Positions 1 through 9,245 of a stretch of DNA of 64,000 nt are shown piece after piece. The notes under the pieces are model-generated. The model was not told the DNA's origin. It saw only the letters and a program-made list of their open reading frames with translations, and searched no databases. The position numbers and the translations under genes were made by a program. The DNA comes from an uncultured Actinomycetota bacterium (GTDB lineage: Bacteria; Actinomycetota; Actinomycetes; JAHEKZ01): positions 369,130-433,129 of the forward strand of contig CAVSCR010000005.1 in the NCBI GenBank assembly GCA_963726575.1, written 5' to 3'. The stretch's first letter is position 1. The number at the start of each line of letters is the position of its first letter.

Positions 1-579
1 CTGGCCCTGGTCGAACCCCGGTTCGCGGCCGCGGAGGCGGCCTTCGGCCGGCTCTACGAAGCCGTGCGCGACGGGCGTCCCGTGACGTTCGGGTACCGAA
101 CGCCGGGCGCGCAGCAACCGACGCAGCGCAGCCTGGAGCCCTGGGGCATCGTGTCGTGGCACGGGCACTGGTACGTGGTGGGCCACGACGTCGACCGCGA
201 GGCCACTCGCGTCTTCCGGCTCTCGCGGGTCGATGGCGCGCCGCGGTTCACCGGCCCGGCCGGCACGGTGACGGTGCCCCCTGAGGTCAACGTGCGCGAC
301 GAGGTGCAGATGCTCACACCCCGTCCGGCGGACCAGACGGCGACGCTGCGGGCTCGTGAGGGTGCCGCGGTGCCGCTGCGCCGTCGGGCTACGCAGACCA
401 CCCCGGGGGAGTCGGGCTGGGACGTGCTGCAGGTCGGGTACGCCGACGAGGAGTCGTTGGCCGAGGAGATCGTCGGGTTCGGTGCTGACGTGGTGGCCGT
501 GGCTCCCGGGGAGCTGCGCGAGTCGGTCGTACGCCGGCTCACCGCGGTGCTGACGGCGGCCGCGGAGGGCGCGGCGTGA
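1..579 (+). CDS. pafB: Proteasome accessory factor PafB (HTH-WYL regulator), 5'-truncated at the window edge
   Basis: The reading frame is open from nt 1. A WYL-domain signature is present (WGIVSWHGHWYVVGHDVDREATRVFRLSRV). It is followed by a second HTH-WYL gene with a GTGA overlap, and gene order matches pafB-pafC-tatA-tatC-helY in mycobacteria. Confidence 0.75.
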   Translation: MALVEPRFAAAEAAFGRLYEAVRDGRPVTFGYRTPGAQQPTQRSLEPWGIVSWHGHWYVVGHDVDREATRVFRLSRVDGAPRFTGPAGTVTVPPEVNVRDEVQMLTPRPADQTATLRAREGAAVPLRRRATQTTPGESGWDVLQVGYADEESLAEEIVGFGADVVAVAPGELRESVVRRLTAVLTAAAEGAA

Positions 580-1526
580 GCGCGGGTGGCTCGGTGGCCC
601 AGCTGGGCCGGTTGCTGGCCCTGATCCCGTGGTTGCTGGCCCGGCCCGGGGTCTCGGTGGACGAGGCCGCCGCGGAGTTCGGCGTCACCCCCAAGCAGCT
701 GGAGCGCGACCTGGAGCTGGCCTTCATGTGCGGCCTGCCGGGTCACCTGCCGAACGACCTGATCGAGGTCGACTTCGAGGGCGGTCGGATCCATGTCGGC
801 AACGCCGACACGATCGCCCGGCCCCTGCGGCTGGGCGTCGACGAGGCGGTCGCCTTGCTCGTCGGCCTGCGAGCCCTCACCGACGTGCCCGGCGTGCATG
901 ACCGAGCCGCGCTCGAGGCCACCGTCGTCAAGCTCGAGCAGGCGGCTGGAGACGCGGCGCACGCCGGCGACCGGGTCGCTGTGGCGATGGATCCGGCAGC
1001 TCCGGTGATCGGTCCGCTCGAGGACGCGCTGGGCCGCGGCCGGCGACTGCGGCTGCGCTACTACGTACCGGCTCGCGACGAGGTGACCACCAGGGACGTC
1101 GACCCGATGCGTCTCGTCGTGGTGGCGGGGCGTACCTACCTGGAGGGATGGTGCCGTTCGGCAGAGGACGTCCGGCTGTTCCGGGTGGATCGCATCGAGG
1201 CAGCCGACGTGCTCGACGTGGCCGCTGACGTGCCGGCTCGGGCCAACACCCGAGACCTCGACGACGGGATCTTCTCGCCGTCGCCGCAGGACCAGCTCGT
1301 GGTCGTCGACCTGGCCGACAGCGCCTCGTGGGTGGCCGAGACCTACCCGACCGAGTCGGTGACGACCACGCCCGACGGTCGGCTACGGGTGGCGCTGCGG
1401 GTGGCCGACCCGGCCTGGATCACGCGGGTGCTGATGCGACTGGGCGATGCGGCTCACGTGGTGGAACCGGTGTCGTTGCGCGCCGATCTGGCCGCCCGAG
1501 CCGCGGCTGCGCTGGCTGCGTACTGA
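576..1526 (+). CDS. pafC: Proteasome accessory factor PafC (HTH-WYL transcriptional regulator)
   Basis: The 316-aa product has an N-terminal HTH (VDEAAAEFGVTPKQLERDLE) and a C-terminal WYL-like region. Its GTG start overlaps the upstream stop (GTGA). Confidence 0.75.
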   Translation: MSAGGSVAQLGRLLALIPWLLARPGVSVDEAAAEFGVTPKQLERDLELAFMCGLPGHLPNDLIEVDFEGGRIHVGNADTIARPLRLGVDEAVALLVGLRALTDVPGVHDRAALEATVVKLEQAAGDAAHAGDRVAVAMDPAAPVIGPLEDALGRGRRLRLRYYVPARDEVTTRDVDPMRLVVVAGRTYLEGWCRSAEDVRLFRVDRIEAADVLDVAADVPARANTRDLDDGIFSPSPQDQLVVVDLADSASWVAETYPTESVTTTPDGRLRVALRVADPAWITRVLMRLGDAAHVVEPVSLRADLAARAAAALAAY

Positions 1527-1693
1527 CCCCGGCTGCGCCGTTCGGGTGACTGGGCTTGCGCCGCCGCCGCGACCGGCCTGATCGGGTCGTCAAGAAATCT
1601 CTCCCCGGTGCCGAACCCATGGGTGCCGAACCCGTCTGGACGGTTCGGCTCTGACATTCGCCGAAATGCGAACCAAGAGGGGGGAGGGGAGCA

Positions 1694-2026
1694 ATGACGA
1701 CGATCAAGGCCTCGTGCCCGTGCTGTGGGGACGTCGAGTTGACTCCGGCCCAAATGCGTTTGGTGGTGTGCACGGTGGCGCAGTGGTCCTACTACGCGTT
1801 CACCTGCCCCACGTGCAGCGACGAGATCCGCAAGCCTGCGGACGGGGAGATCGTGGCGCTGCTGAAGTCCGGTGGGGTGGCGGCCACGGCCTGGCACATC
1901 CCGGCGGAGGCCCTGGAGGCCCATACCGGTGCGGCGATCAGCTACGACGAGCTCCTGGACTTCGCCCTCTGGCTGGACTCCCATGACCTGTCAGCGGCGG
2001 ATTTCTCCATCTCGACGCACTCCTGA
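1694..2026 (+). CDS. Hypothetical small Cys-rich (putative zinc-ribbon) protein
   Basis: The 110-aa ORF carries CPCCG...C...CPTC motifs. A strong purine-rich RBS (gaggggggagggga) lies 5-10 nt upstream of the ATG. It is wedged between pafC and tatA. Confidence 0.5.
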   Translation: MTTIKASCPCCGDVELTPAQMRLVVCTVAQWSYYAFTCPTCSDEIRKPADGEIVALLKSGGVAATAWHIPAEALEAHTGAAISYDELLDFALWLDSHDLSAADFSISTHS

Positions 2027-2133
2027 CCTGGCCCGGCCGGTCCTCGTGAGGGCCGACATGACCGTCGTGGGACGCCGGCGGGTGCCCGACGGCGTACCAT
2101 CGGGCCAGGCGAACCGTCCGAGATGAGGTTCTG

Positions 2134-2403
2134 ATGCTCGATGGCATAAAACCAGTTGAGATCCTGATCATCGTCGGGGTGCTGGTCCTGCTGTTCGGCG
2201 CGAAGAAGTTGCCGGACACCGCACGGGGCCTTGGTCGCTCACTGCGCATCTTCAAGTCCGAGATCAAGGCATCAGATGACGACGAGGCCGATGCCGCGGC
2301 CAAGCAGATCACCGTGACCCGTGAGGATGCGACTCCGCCGCCCGCTGCACAGCCCGCCGCGCAGCCCGCTCCGACCTCCGAGCAGCAGCCCACCGAACAC
2401 TGA
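2134..2403 (+). CDS. tatA: Twin-arginine translocase subunit TatA/E
   Basis: A hydrophobic N-terminus is followed by the conserved [25 protein letters not shown] TatA motif and an acidic/Pro-Ala-rich tail. Confidence 0.85.
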   Translation: MLDGIKPVEILIIVGVLVLLFGAKKLPDTARGLGRSLRIFKSEIKASDDDEADAAAKQITVTREDATPPPAAQPAAQPAPTSEQQPTEH

Positions 2404-2423
2404 GCACCGGAGCGTCCGGGGCG

Positions 2424-3323
2424 TTGAGCACGAACGAGGCGGCCGCTGGGGGATCGCGGCGGCGGCGTAAGACGGCGACGAACGACCCCGAGGGTCGAAT
2501 GCCGATCCTCGACCACTTGCGCGAGTTCCGCGGCCGGCTGATCAAGTCCCTCGCCGCCGTCGGCATCGGGTCGGTCATCGGGTTCGCCTTCTACAACCAG
2601 ATCGTCGCGTTCGCGCAACGGCCGATGAACCACGTCATCGACACGCTCAAGGCCAACGGCTACGACGTCACGCTCGCCATCTCCGGCGGTGTCACCAACG
2701 CCTTCAGCCTGCAGCTGAAGATCTCCTTCATGATCGGCCTGGCGCTGGCCGCACCCGTCTGGATCTACCAGGCCTGGCGATTCGTCACTCCCGGGTTGCA
2801 CCGGCACGAGAAGAAGTACGCCTTCTGGTTCGTGCTCGCCGCCGTTCCGCTGTTCCTGCTCGGCATGGCGTTCGCCTGGGTCATCCTGCCCAGCGCGCTG
2901 CGCCTGCTGCTCGGGTTCACGCCCGACGGAGTCCTCAACCTGCAGGGGTTCGACCAGTACCTCACCTTCATCGTGCAGCTGAGCGTGGTGTTCGGGATCG
3001 GCTTCCTCACGCCGGTCTTCATCGTCGCCCTGAACTGGGTGGGCGTCTTGCCGGCGAACGTGATGCTGCGCCACTGGCGCTGGATCGTGCTGGGTTGCCT
3101 GTTGTTCGGTGCAGTCGCGACGCCCACGGGCGACCCTCTGACGCTGTCGTACGTGACGATCCCGGTCCTGGTGCTGATGTTCACCGGCGTCGGCATCGCC
3201 TGGCTGCACGACCGTCGTAAGCCCAAGGCAGTGGACGACCTCGACTACTCCACGCTGTCCGACGACGAGGCGTCACCGCTCGTCGCACCGCGCCCCGTCG
3301 TCGACGACGACGAAGTGACCTGA
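2424..3323 (+). CDS. tatC: Twin-arginine translocase subunit TatC
   Basis: Signature MPILDHLREFRGRLIKS together with multiple TM segments. The true start may be the internal Met near nt 2499. Confidence 0.85.
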   Translation: MSTNEAAAGGSRRRRKTATNDPEGRMPILDHLREFRGRLIKSLAAVGIGSVIGFAFYNQIVAFAQRPMNHVIDTLKANGYDVTLAISGGVTNAFSLQLKISFMIGLALAAPVWIYQAWRFVTPGLHRHEKKYAFWFVLAAVPLFLLGMAFAWVILPSALRLLLGFTPDGVLNLQGFDQYLTFIVQLSVVFGIGFLTPVFIVALNWVGVLPANVMLRHWRWIVLGCLLFGAVATPTGDPLTLSYVTIPVLVLMFTGVGIAWLHDRRKPKAVDDLDYSTLSDDEASPLVAPRPVVDDDEVT

Positions 3324-3344
3324 GCGCTGCCGTAGCCTGGCCAG

Positions 3345-6083
3345 ATGTCCACGTCCCCGACGCCGGCGGACCGGTATGCCGCCGCGCGGGAACGGGCTGC
3401 GCTGGCCGCGACTGAGCTCGGCCGCTTCGCCGCGAGCTACGAGTTCGGGCTCGACCCGTTCCAGGTGGAGGCGTGTCAGGCCCTCGAGGCCGGAACTGGC
3501 GTGCTGGTCGCCGCGCCCACGGGCTCTGGGAAGACGGTGGTCGGCGAGTTCGCCGTGCATCTCGCGCTGACCCGCGGCCAGAAATGCTTCTACACCACGC
3601 CGATCAAAGCTCTTTCGAACCAGAAGTACCACGATCTCGTGGCCCGCCACGGCTCGGACCAGGTCGGACTGCTGACCGGCGACACGTCGGTCAACGGCGA
3701 GGCTGCGGTGGTGGTGATGACCACCGAGGTCCTGCGCAACATGCTCTACGCCGGCTCGGGCACGTTGGCCGGCCTCGGCTTCGTCGTGATGGACGAAGTG
3801 CACTATCTGGCCGACCGCTCGCGCGGCGCGGTGTGGGAAGAAGTGATCATCCACCTTCCGGAGTCGGTGGCCGTCGCGGCCCTGTCGGCAACGGTGAGCA
3901 ACGCCGAGGAGTTCGGCGAGTGGCTGGGCGAGGTGCGCGGCGACACCGCGGTCGTGGTCTCGGAGTTCCGCCCGGTGCCGTTGTGGCAGCAGGTGATGGC
4001 CGGCAAGACGTTGTACGACCTGTTCGTCGACGACGATCAGCGTCAGGTCAACCCCGAGCTGCAGCGCCTGGCCAGGGACGAGGAACGCACGTTCCGGCTA
4101 CGCGGGCACCGCACCAAACGCGGTCAGCGCCCGCGCGGCCGTCCGCCTGGCGTCCCGAGCCGGGTCGAGGTGGTGGAGGCGCTCGAGAACCGGGAGCTGC
4201 TCCCCGCCATCGTGTTCATCTTCAGCCGGGCCGGCTGCGACGCGGCGGTGCGTCAGCTGCTCACGGGCCACGTCCGGTTGAACGAAGGGCAGCAGCAGGC
4301 CGAGGTCCGAGCGGTCGCCGAAGCCGCGACGGCGCACATCAGCGACGAAGATCTTCGGGCGCTGGGCTACGGCGAGTGGCTGCAGGGCCTCGAGTACGGC
4401 TACGCCGCACACCACGCGGGGATGCTCCCGGCAATGAAGGAGGTCGTGGAGCAGCTGTTCGTGGCGGGCCTCGTACAGGTGGTGTTCGCGACCGAGACGT
4501 TGGCGCTGGGCATCAACATGCCGGCCCGCACTGTCGTCATCGAGAAGCTGACGAAGTGGAACGGCGAGGCCCACGCCGAGGTCACGCCCGCGGAGTACAC
4601 CCAGCTGACCGGGCGGGCCGGACGCCGCGGGATCGACGTCGAGGGCGACGCTGTGGTCTTGTGGCAGCCCGGCTTCGACCCGCGGGCTGTGGCGGGCCTC
4701 GCCAGCACGCGGACCTATCCGCTGCGCTCGTCGTTTCGTCCCACCTACAACATGGCCGTCAACCTCGTGCGCCAGATGGGCCGGGTCTCGGCCCGTGAGG
4801 TGCTCGAGTCGTCCTTCGCCCAGTTCCAGGCAGACCGTGCCGTCGTAAGCCTGGCCCACAAGGCACGTACCAACGAAGAGGCGCTGATCGGGTACGTGCA
4901 GGCGATGACCTGCCACCTCGGCGACTTCGGCGAGTACGCGGGCATCCGACAGGAGCTGAAGCGACGCGAGACGGACGTGTCGCGAGCGAAGTCCGTCGAA
5001 CGCCGGACGGCCGCCGCCGCGTCGTTGCGCACACTGCGTCGCGGCGACGTGATCCAGGTGCCCGGGGGCAAGAAGGCAGGGGTCGCGGTCGTCGTCGAGG
5101 ACGCCGCAGACGACCCACCCCGGGTCGTGGTCATGACCGACCGCGGCCAGGTTCGTCGGCTGTCCGCGACCGAGATCACTCACGAGGTGCCTGCCCTCAC
5201 CCAGCTGCGGCTCGGCAAGGGGTTCAACGCGCGCAGCGCTCAGTCCCGGCGTGACCTCGTTGGACGCCTGCGCGAGGTCGATCTGCCCGACGAACTGACC
5301 GGGAGTCGAGGCACACGTAGCCGGTCGCACGGTGAGAGCAAGGACGACGCGGCGATCACCCAGTTGCGCGCGCAGCTGCGGTCGCACCCCTGTCATGCGT
5401 GCGAGGAACGCGAGGACCACGCACGCTGGGCGGAACGACATGCCCGGCTGAGCAAGGACACCCAGGAGCTGCGCGACCGGATGGAGCAGCGCACCAACAC
5501 GATCGCGCGCACGTTCGACCGCGTGCTGGCCGTGCTCAGCGAGCTGGGCTACGTCGACGGTGATGAGGTGCTGCCCGTCGGCGAGCGGCTGGGGCGCATC
5601 TACTGCGAGCTCGACCTGTTGGCGGCGGAGTGCCTGCGCGAAGGTCTGTGGCACGAGCTCGACGCACAGGAGCTGGCGGCGGCCACGTCGGTGCTCGTCT
5701 ACGAGTCGCGCACGGATGAGCCGAACAGCCCGCGACTGCCGGGCGGGCAGACCCGCGCCGCGATCGAGCGCACCTTCGAGGTGGCAGACGATCTGCGCGC
5801 CCTGGAACGCCAGCATCGACTCGACTTCAAGCGGGTGCCCGACGCCGGCTTCGCCTGGGCGGCCTACCGGTGGGCCAGCGGCCACCGGCTGGAGGCGGTG
5901 CTGGAGGACTCCGACCTGACCGCGGGCGACTTCGTGCGCTGGACCAAGCAGGTGGTCGATCTGCTCGGCCAGATTGCGGACGCTGCCGCCGCTTCCGGAG
6001 AACCCGACCTGCGGGACACCGCTCGCGAAGCGGTCGGTCGGCTACGTCGGGGCGTGGTGGCCCTCGCCCCGCTGGAGGACTGA
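3345..6083 (+). CDS. helY: Ski2-like DEAD/DEAH-box RNA helicase HelY
   Basis: The 912-aa product has a Walker A motif (AAPTGSGKT) and a DEVH box (VVMDEVHYL), with a helicase C-terminus and DSH-like C-terminal domain. It follows tatC as in mycobacteria. Confidence 0.85.
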   Translation: MSTSPTPADRYAAARERAALAATELGRFAASYEFGLDPFQVEACQALEAGTGVLVAAPTGSGKTVVGEFAVHLALTRGQKCFYTTPIKALSNQKYHDLVARHGSDQVGLLTGDTSVNGEAAVVVMTTEVLRNMLYAGSGTLAGLGFVVMDEVHYLADRSRGAVWEEVIIHLPESVAVAALSATVSNAEEFGEWLGEVRGDTAVVVSEFRPVPLWQQVMAGKTLYDLFVDDDQRQVNPELQRLARDEERTFRLRGHRTKRGQRPRGRPPGVPSRVEVVEALENRELLPAIVFIFSRAGCDAAVRQLLTGHVRLNEGQQQAEVRAVAEAATAHISDEDLRALGYGEWLQGLEYGYAAHHAGMLPAMKEVVEQLFVAGLVQVVFATETLALGINMPARTVVIEKLTKWNGEAHAEVTPAEYTQLTGRAGRRGIDVEGDAVVLWQPGFDPRAVAGLASTRTYPLRSSFRPTYNMAVNLVRQMGRVSAREVLESSFAQFQADRAVVSLAHKARTNEEALIGYVQAMTCHLGDFGEYAGIRQELKRRETDVSRAKSVERRTAAAASLRTLRRGDVIQVPGGKKAGVAVVVEDAADDPPRVVVMTDRGQVRRLSATEITHEVPALTQLRLGKGFNARSAQSRRDLVGRLREVDLPDELTGSRGTRSRSHGESKDDAAITQLRAQLRSHPCHACEEREDHARWAERHARLSKDTQELRDRMEQRTNTIARTFDRVLAVLSELGYVDGDEVLPVGERLGRIYCELDLLAAECLREGLWHELDAQELAAATSVLVYESRTDEPNSPRLPGGQTRAAIERTFEVADDLRALERQHRLDFKRVPDAGFAWAAYRWASGHRLEAVLEDSDLTAGDFVRWTKQVVDLLGQIADAAAASGEPDLRDTAREAVGRLRRGVVALAPLED

Positions 6084-6140
6084 GCGCGAAAGGGTCCAAG
6101 GACCTGCGGCCACGGCAGTCCGGACGTCGATACTGGGCTC

Positions 6141-7571
6141 ATGCAGGAAGTCCGGCTGCCCGCGCGCTCACCGCTGGACCTCGGCCCCGTGCTGGGGCAG
6201 GAGCGGGTGGCCCACCTCATCGACGAGGTTGCGCCGGCCCTGCTGTCGATCCTCGGCACCCACAGCATCATCAACGTGAACTCGACGGCCGCCGGCGGCG
6301 GCGTCGCCGAGATGCTGCAGGTGCTCCTGCCGCTGTCTCGCGGTGCCGGCGTCGACGCCCGTTGGCTCGTGATCGACGGCGACCCGGCGTTCTTCGCGTT
6401 GACCAAGCGGCTGCACAACCGGCTGCATGGAGGTGCCGGCGACGGTGGGCGACTGGAAGGAGCCGAGCACGACCATTACCAGCAGGTGTCACGCGCCAAC
6501 TTCGACGAGCTCGAGGCGGTGGTGGCCGACGGCGATGTCGTGATCCTGCACGACCCGCAGACTGCCGGACTGGCCGAGGGCATGAAGACCCGTGGTACGC
6601 CGGTGGTGTGGCGCTGCCACGTCGGCAGCGACAGGTCGAACGCGCAGACGGAGCAGGCGTGGAACTTCCTGCGTCCGTACCTCGAGGGGTTCGTCGACGC
6701 GTACGTGTTCACGCGCGCGGACTACGCCCCGGCCTGGGTGCCACGCGACCGACTGCACGTGTTGCGGCCGAGCATCGACCCGCTGGCGCCGAAGAACCAG
6801 GATCTGAGCGAGAAGTACGCGGCCAACGTGCTGGCGCACGTGGGCATCATCAACGGCCAGGCCCGGCGACCGGTGCCGTTCGTGCGCGCCGACGGCTCGC
6901 CAGGGCGGGTGGAACGGTTCGCGGACATCATCCGTACCGGCCCACCTCCGGCCGCGGGTGCACCGCTTGTGGTGCAGGTCAGTCGGTGGGACCCGTTGAA
7001 GGACATGGCCGGTGTGATGCACGGCTTCGTCGAGCAGGTTCTGGACGGCAGCGACGCCCACCTCGTCCTGGCCGGTCCGGTCGTGACTGCGGTAGCCGAC
7101 GACCCCGAGGCGGCCGAGGTGCTCGAGGCGACCTGGGAGCAGTGGCGCGCCCTGCGACACCATCAACGCAGCCGCGTGCAATTGGTGTGTCTGCCGATGA
7201 GTGATGTCGAGGAGAACGCACTGATCGTCAATGCGCTGCAACGGCATGCGGTGGTCGTGGCGCAGAAGAGCCTGGCCGAGGGCTTCGGACTCACGGTTGC
7301 CGAGGCGATGTACAAGGGGACGCCGGTCGTGGCGTCGGCAGTGGGAGGGATCGTCGACCAGGTCATCGACGGCGAGACGGGACTGCTGGTGCGACCGCCC
7401 AGCGACCTGGTGCAGTTCGGGGCCGCGGTCAACCGTCTGCTTGCCGATCCGAGCGCGGCCAAGGCGATGGGGGAGGCCGCCCGACAGCGAGTGATCCGAG
7501 AGTTCCTTCCCGACACGTCACTCGGGCAGTGGCAGCGGGTTCTGGTGCAGGCGATCAGCGACCGCGCCTAG
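6141..7571 (+). CDS. Family 4 glycosyltransferase (trehalose-synthase TreT-like / sucrose-synthase-like GT-B)
   Basis: The N-terminal NVNSTAAGGGVAEML motif is typical of TreT-like retaining GT4 enzymes. The C-terminal GT1/GT4 catalytic domain carries EGFGLTVAEAMYKGTPVV. Confidence 0.6.
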   Translation: MQEVRLPARSPLDLGPVLGQERVAHLIDEVAPALLSILGTHSIINVNSTAAGGGVAEMLQVLLPLSRGAGVDARWLVIDGDPAFFALTKRLHNRLHGGAGDGGRLEGAEHDHYQQVSRANFDELEAVVADGDVVILHDPQTAGLAEGMKTRGTPVVWRCHVGSDRSNAQTEQAWNFLRPYLEGFVDAYVFTRADYAPAWVPRDRLHVLRPSIDPLAPKNQDLSEKYAANVLAHVGIINGQARRPVPFVRADGSPGRVERFADIIRTGPPPAAGAPLVVQVSRWDPLKDMAGVMHGFVEQVLDGSDAHLVLAGPVVTAVADDPEAAEVLEATWEQWRALRHHQRSRVQLVCLPMSDVEENALIVNALQRHAVVVAQKSLAEGFGLTVAEAMYKGTPVVASAVGGIVDQVIDGETGLLVRPPSDLVQFGAAVNRLLADPSAAKAMGEAARQRVIREFLPDTSLGQWQRVLVQAISDRA

Positions 7572-7850
7572 CGGCGGCAGCGCATCATGGGGCAGAACCA
7601 GCTCGGCGGCCCGACACCGGCGAGGTTGGCCGGCGGACGGTGCGTCGACCCGTCGAGCAGCTGGGCGAAGCAACCGACCATGGCGCGGTCGGTGTGGACC
7701 GTGGTCGTCTGGGGTGCAACCGCCGAGAACCAGCACCAGCGCCAGACCAGAAGCAAGGGCGCAGTGACAAAGAGACTCGCTCCTCCGCCCGTCGGCCGCA
7801 CGACCCGAGTGTGACCCGTCCCCGTCGGACGATCTTCAGCACCGGAGGAA

Positions 7851-9224
7851 TTGTCGGAGGCGGCAGCTAACATCGAACACATGTTCGAAGTCGAGGAGGT
7901 CCAGGCGGCGCTAGCGCAGGGCGAGGCCTGGCAGCCCCAGGTCCTCGACCTGCTGGCCACCGACGACTTCGGCCGTGCCGACTGGGACACCACGCTGAGC
8001 GCCATCCTCGCCACCGGCCCCGGACCCCAGACCGCTGCGGCTCTGCAGATGGTCGACGTCAAGGCCCTCGCGCCGGATCAGAGGATGCTGCTCGTCCAAG
8101 CGTGGGAGGCGCAGGTCAGCCACGCCGTCGCCGCGCAGCACGAGGCGCTGGCGGCGCTTGCCGGTCTGGAGAGCACCGAGGACGACCTGCTCACGCAGGT
8201 CGACGCCGCCTGTGCACTGAGCGTGGCGGGAGTCACCGCTCAACGACGGATCGACGTGGCTCGCGCTCTGGCGACCCGACTTCCCGTCGCTCGGGAGCGG
8301 CTGGCGTCGGGCCGGCTCGGCTATCCGCACGTGTGCGCGATCGTCGACGAGCTCCTGGCCGCCGACGACAACCTGGCTAGAGCGGCCGAGGCCCAGCTGT
8401 TCGCGAAGCTGCGCGACGACGTCGTGTACACGCCCGGTCAGCTGCGCCGACGGTTGCGACGGATCGTGTTGTCGCTCGACAGCGAGGCTGCGCGAGCTCG
8501 GCAGGAAGCGGCCGCGCAGGAGGTGGGCGTCTCGCTGTCGCCTGAGGCGGACGGGATGGCCGTCATCGTCGGTCAGCTCGAGGCGGCGGACGCGATGGTG
8601 GTGTGGGAGGGCTTGACGGCTACGGCTCGGAAGTTGCGCGATCCCGGACAGCGTCGATCGTTGGACTACTGGCGGGCACAAGCGCTGATCGGCTGGGCGT
8701 CGGCCGCCCTGGCCGATCCTGACCTTCCGGCGACGCAGGGCAAGGCGCGACGCAGCGTGGCCGTGGTGATCGATCTGCCGACCTTGCTGGGCCTGGCCGA
8801 CCACCCCGCCGAGCTCGCGGGATACGGGCCGATCCCGGCGTCCGTGGCCAGGGCACTCACCACCGACGCGGAGTGGCAGCGCTGGGTCCGCGACCCGGTG
8901 TCGGGGCATCTGCTCGATGTCGGGCGCACGAGCTACCGACCCAGCCAGCCGATGCGCGAGTACGTGATCGCCCGCGACGGGCGCTGCACGTTCCCTGGGT
9001 GCTCGCTGCCCGCGTGGCGGTGCGACCTCGACCACGAGGTCGGCTGGGCTGACGGTGGTGCCACGGCGAGCGCCAACCTGCAGGCCCTGTGTCGCCGCCA
9101 CCACAGCGCCAAGACCAGTGGGCGCTGGACCATGAAGCGGGCCGTTGATGGAGTGGCGAACTGGACCCGGGCCGGAGGCCGCCCCTACGCGGTTCCTCGT
9201 CCCGAGCTGCCCGGACCACCGTGA
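7851..9224 (+). CDS. DUF222-domain HNH endonuclease (13E12-repeat-family-like)
   Basis: The C-terminus carries an HNH motif (CTFPGCSLPAWRCDLDHEVGWADGGATASANLQALCRRHH). The N-terminal ~300 aa is Ala/Leu-rich and DUF222-like. Confidence 0.75.
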   Translation: MSEAAANIEHMFEVEEVQAALAQGEAWQPQVLDLLATDDFGRADWDTTLSAILATGPGPQTAAALQMVDVKALAPDQRMLLVQAWEAQVSHAVAAQHEALAALAGLESTEDDLLTQVDAACALSVAGVTAQRRIDVARALATRLPVARERLASGRLGYPHVCAIVDELLAADDNLARAAEAQLFAKLRDDVVYTPGQLRRRLRRIVLSLDSEAARARQEAAAQEVGVSLSPEADGMAVIVGQLEAADAMVVWEGLTATARKLRDPGQRRSLDYWRAQALIGWASAALADPDLPATQGKARRSVAVVIDLPTLLGLADHPAELAGYGPIPASVARALTTDAEWQRWVRDPVSGHLLDVGRTSYRPSQPMREYVIARDGRCTFPGCSLPAWRCDLDHEVGWADGGATASANLQALCRRHHSAKTSGRWTMKRAVDGVANWTRAGGRPYAVPRPELPGPP

Positions 9225-9245
9225 CCGCGACGTCGAGGTCGGTGG

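Noticed and set aside
1938-3209. 423-aa minus-strand ORF antisense to tatA/tatC; similar long ORFs at 4098-5885(-), 5870-7204(+), 7911-9104(-), 27375-29033(-, except its last 154 codons) and 43332-45041(-)
   Set aside because: The products are Arg/Pro/Gly-rich and low-complexity, and they overlap well-supported genes on the other strand. They are typical high-GC antisense open frames.
7690-7800. Lipoprotein-like signal (..SGLALVLVLGGCTPDD, lipobox LGGC) on the minus strand in the GT4/HNH intergenic region
   Set aside because: There is no in-frame start with an n-region upstream. Downstream the sequence is Arg/Pro-rich low complexity and runs into the antisense of the GT gene. It may be a decayed gene fragment, but it cannot be called.
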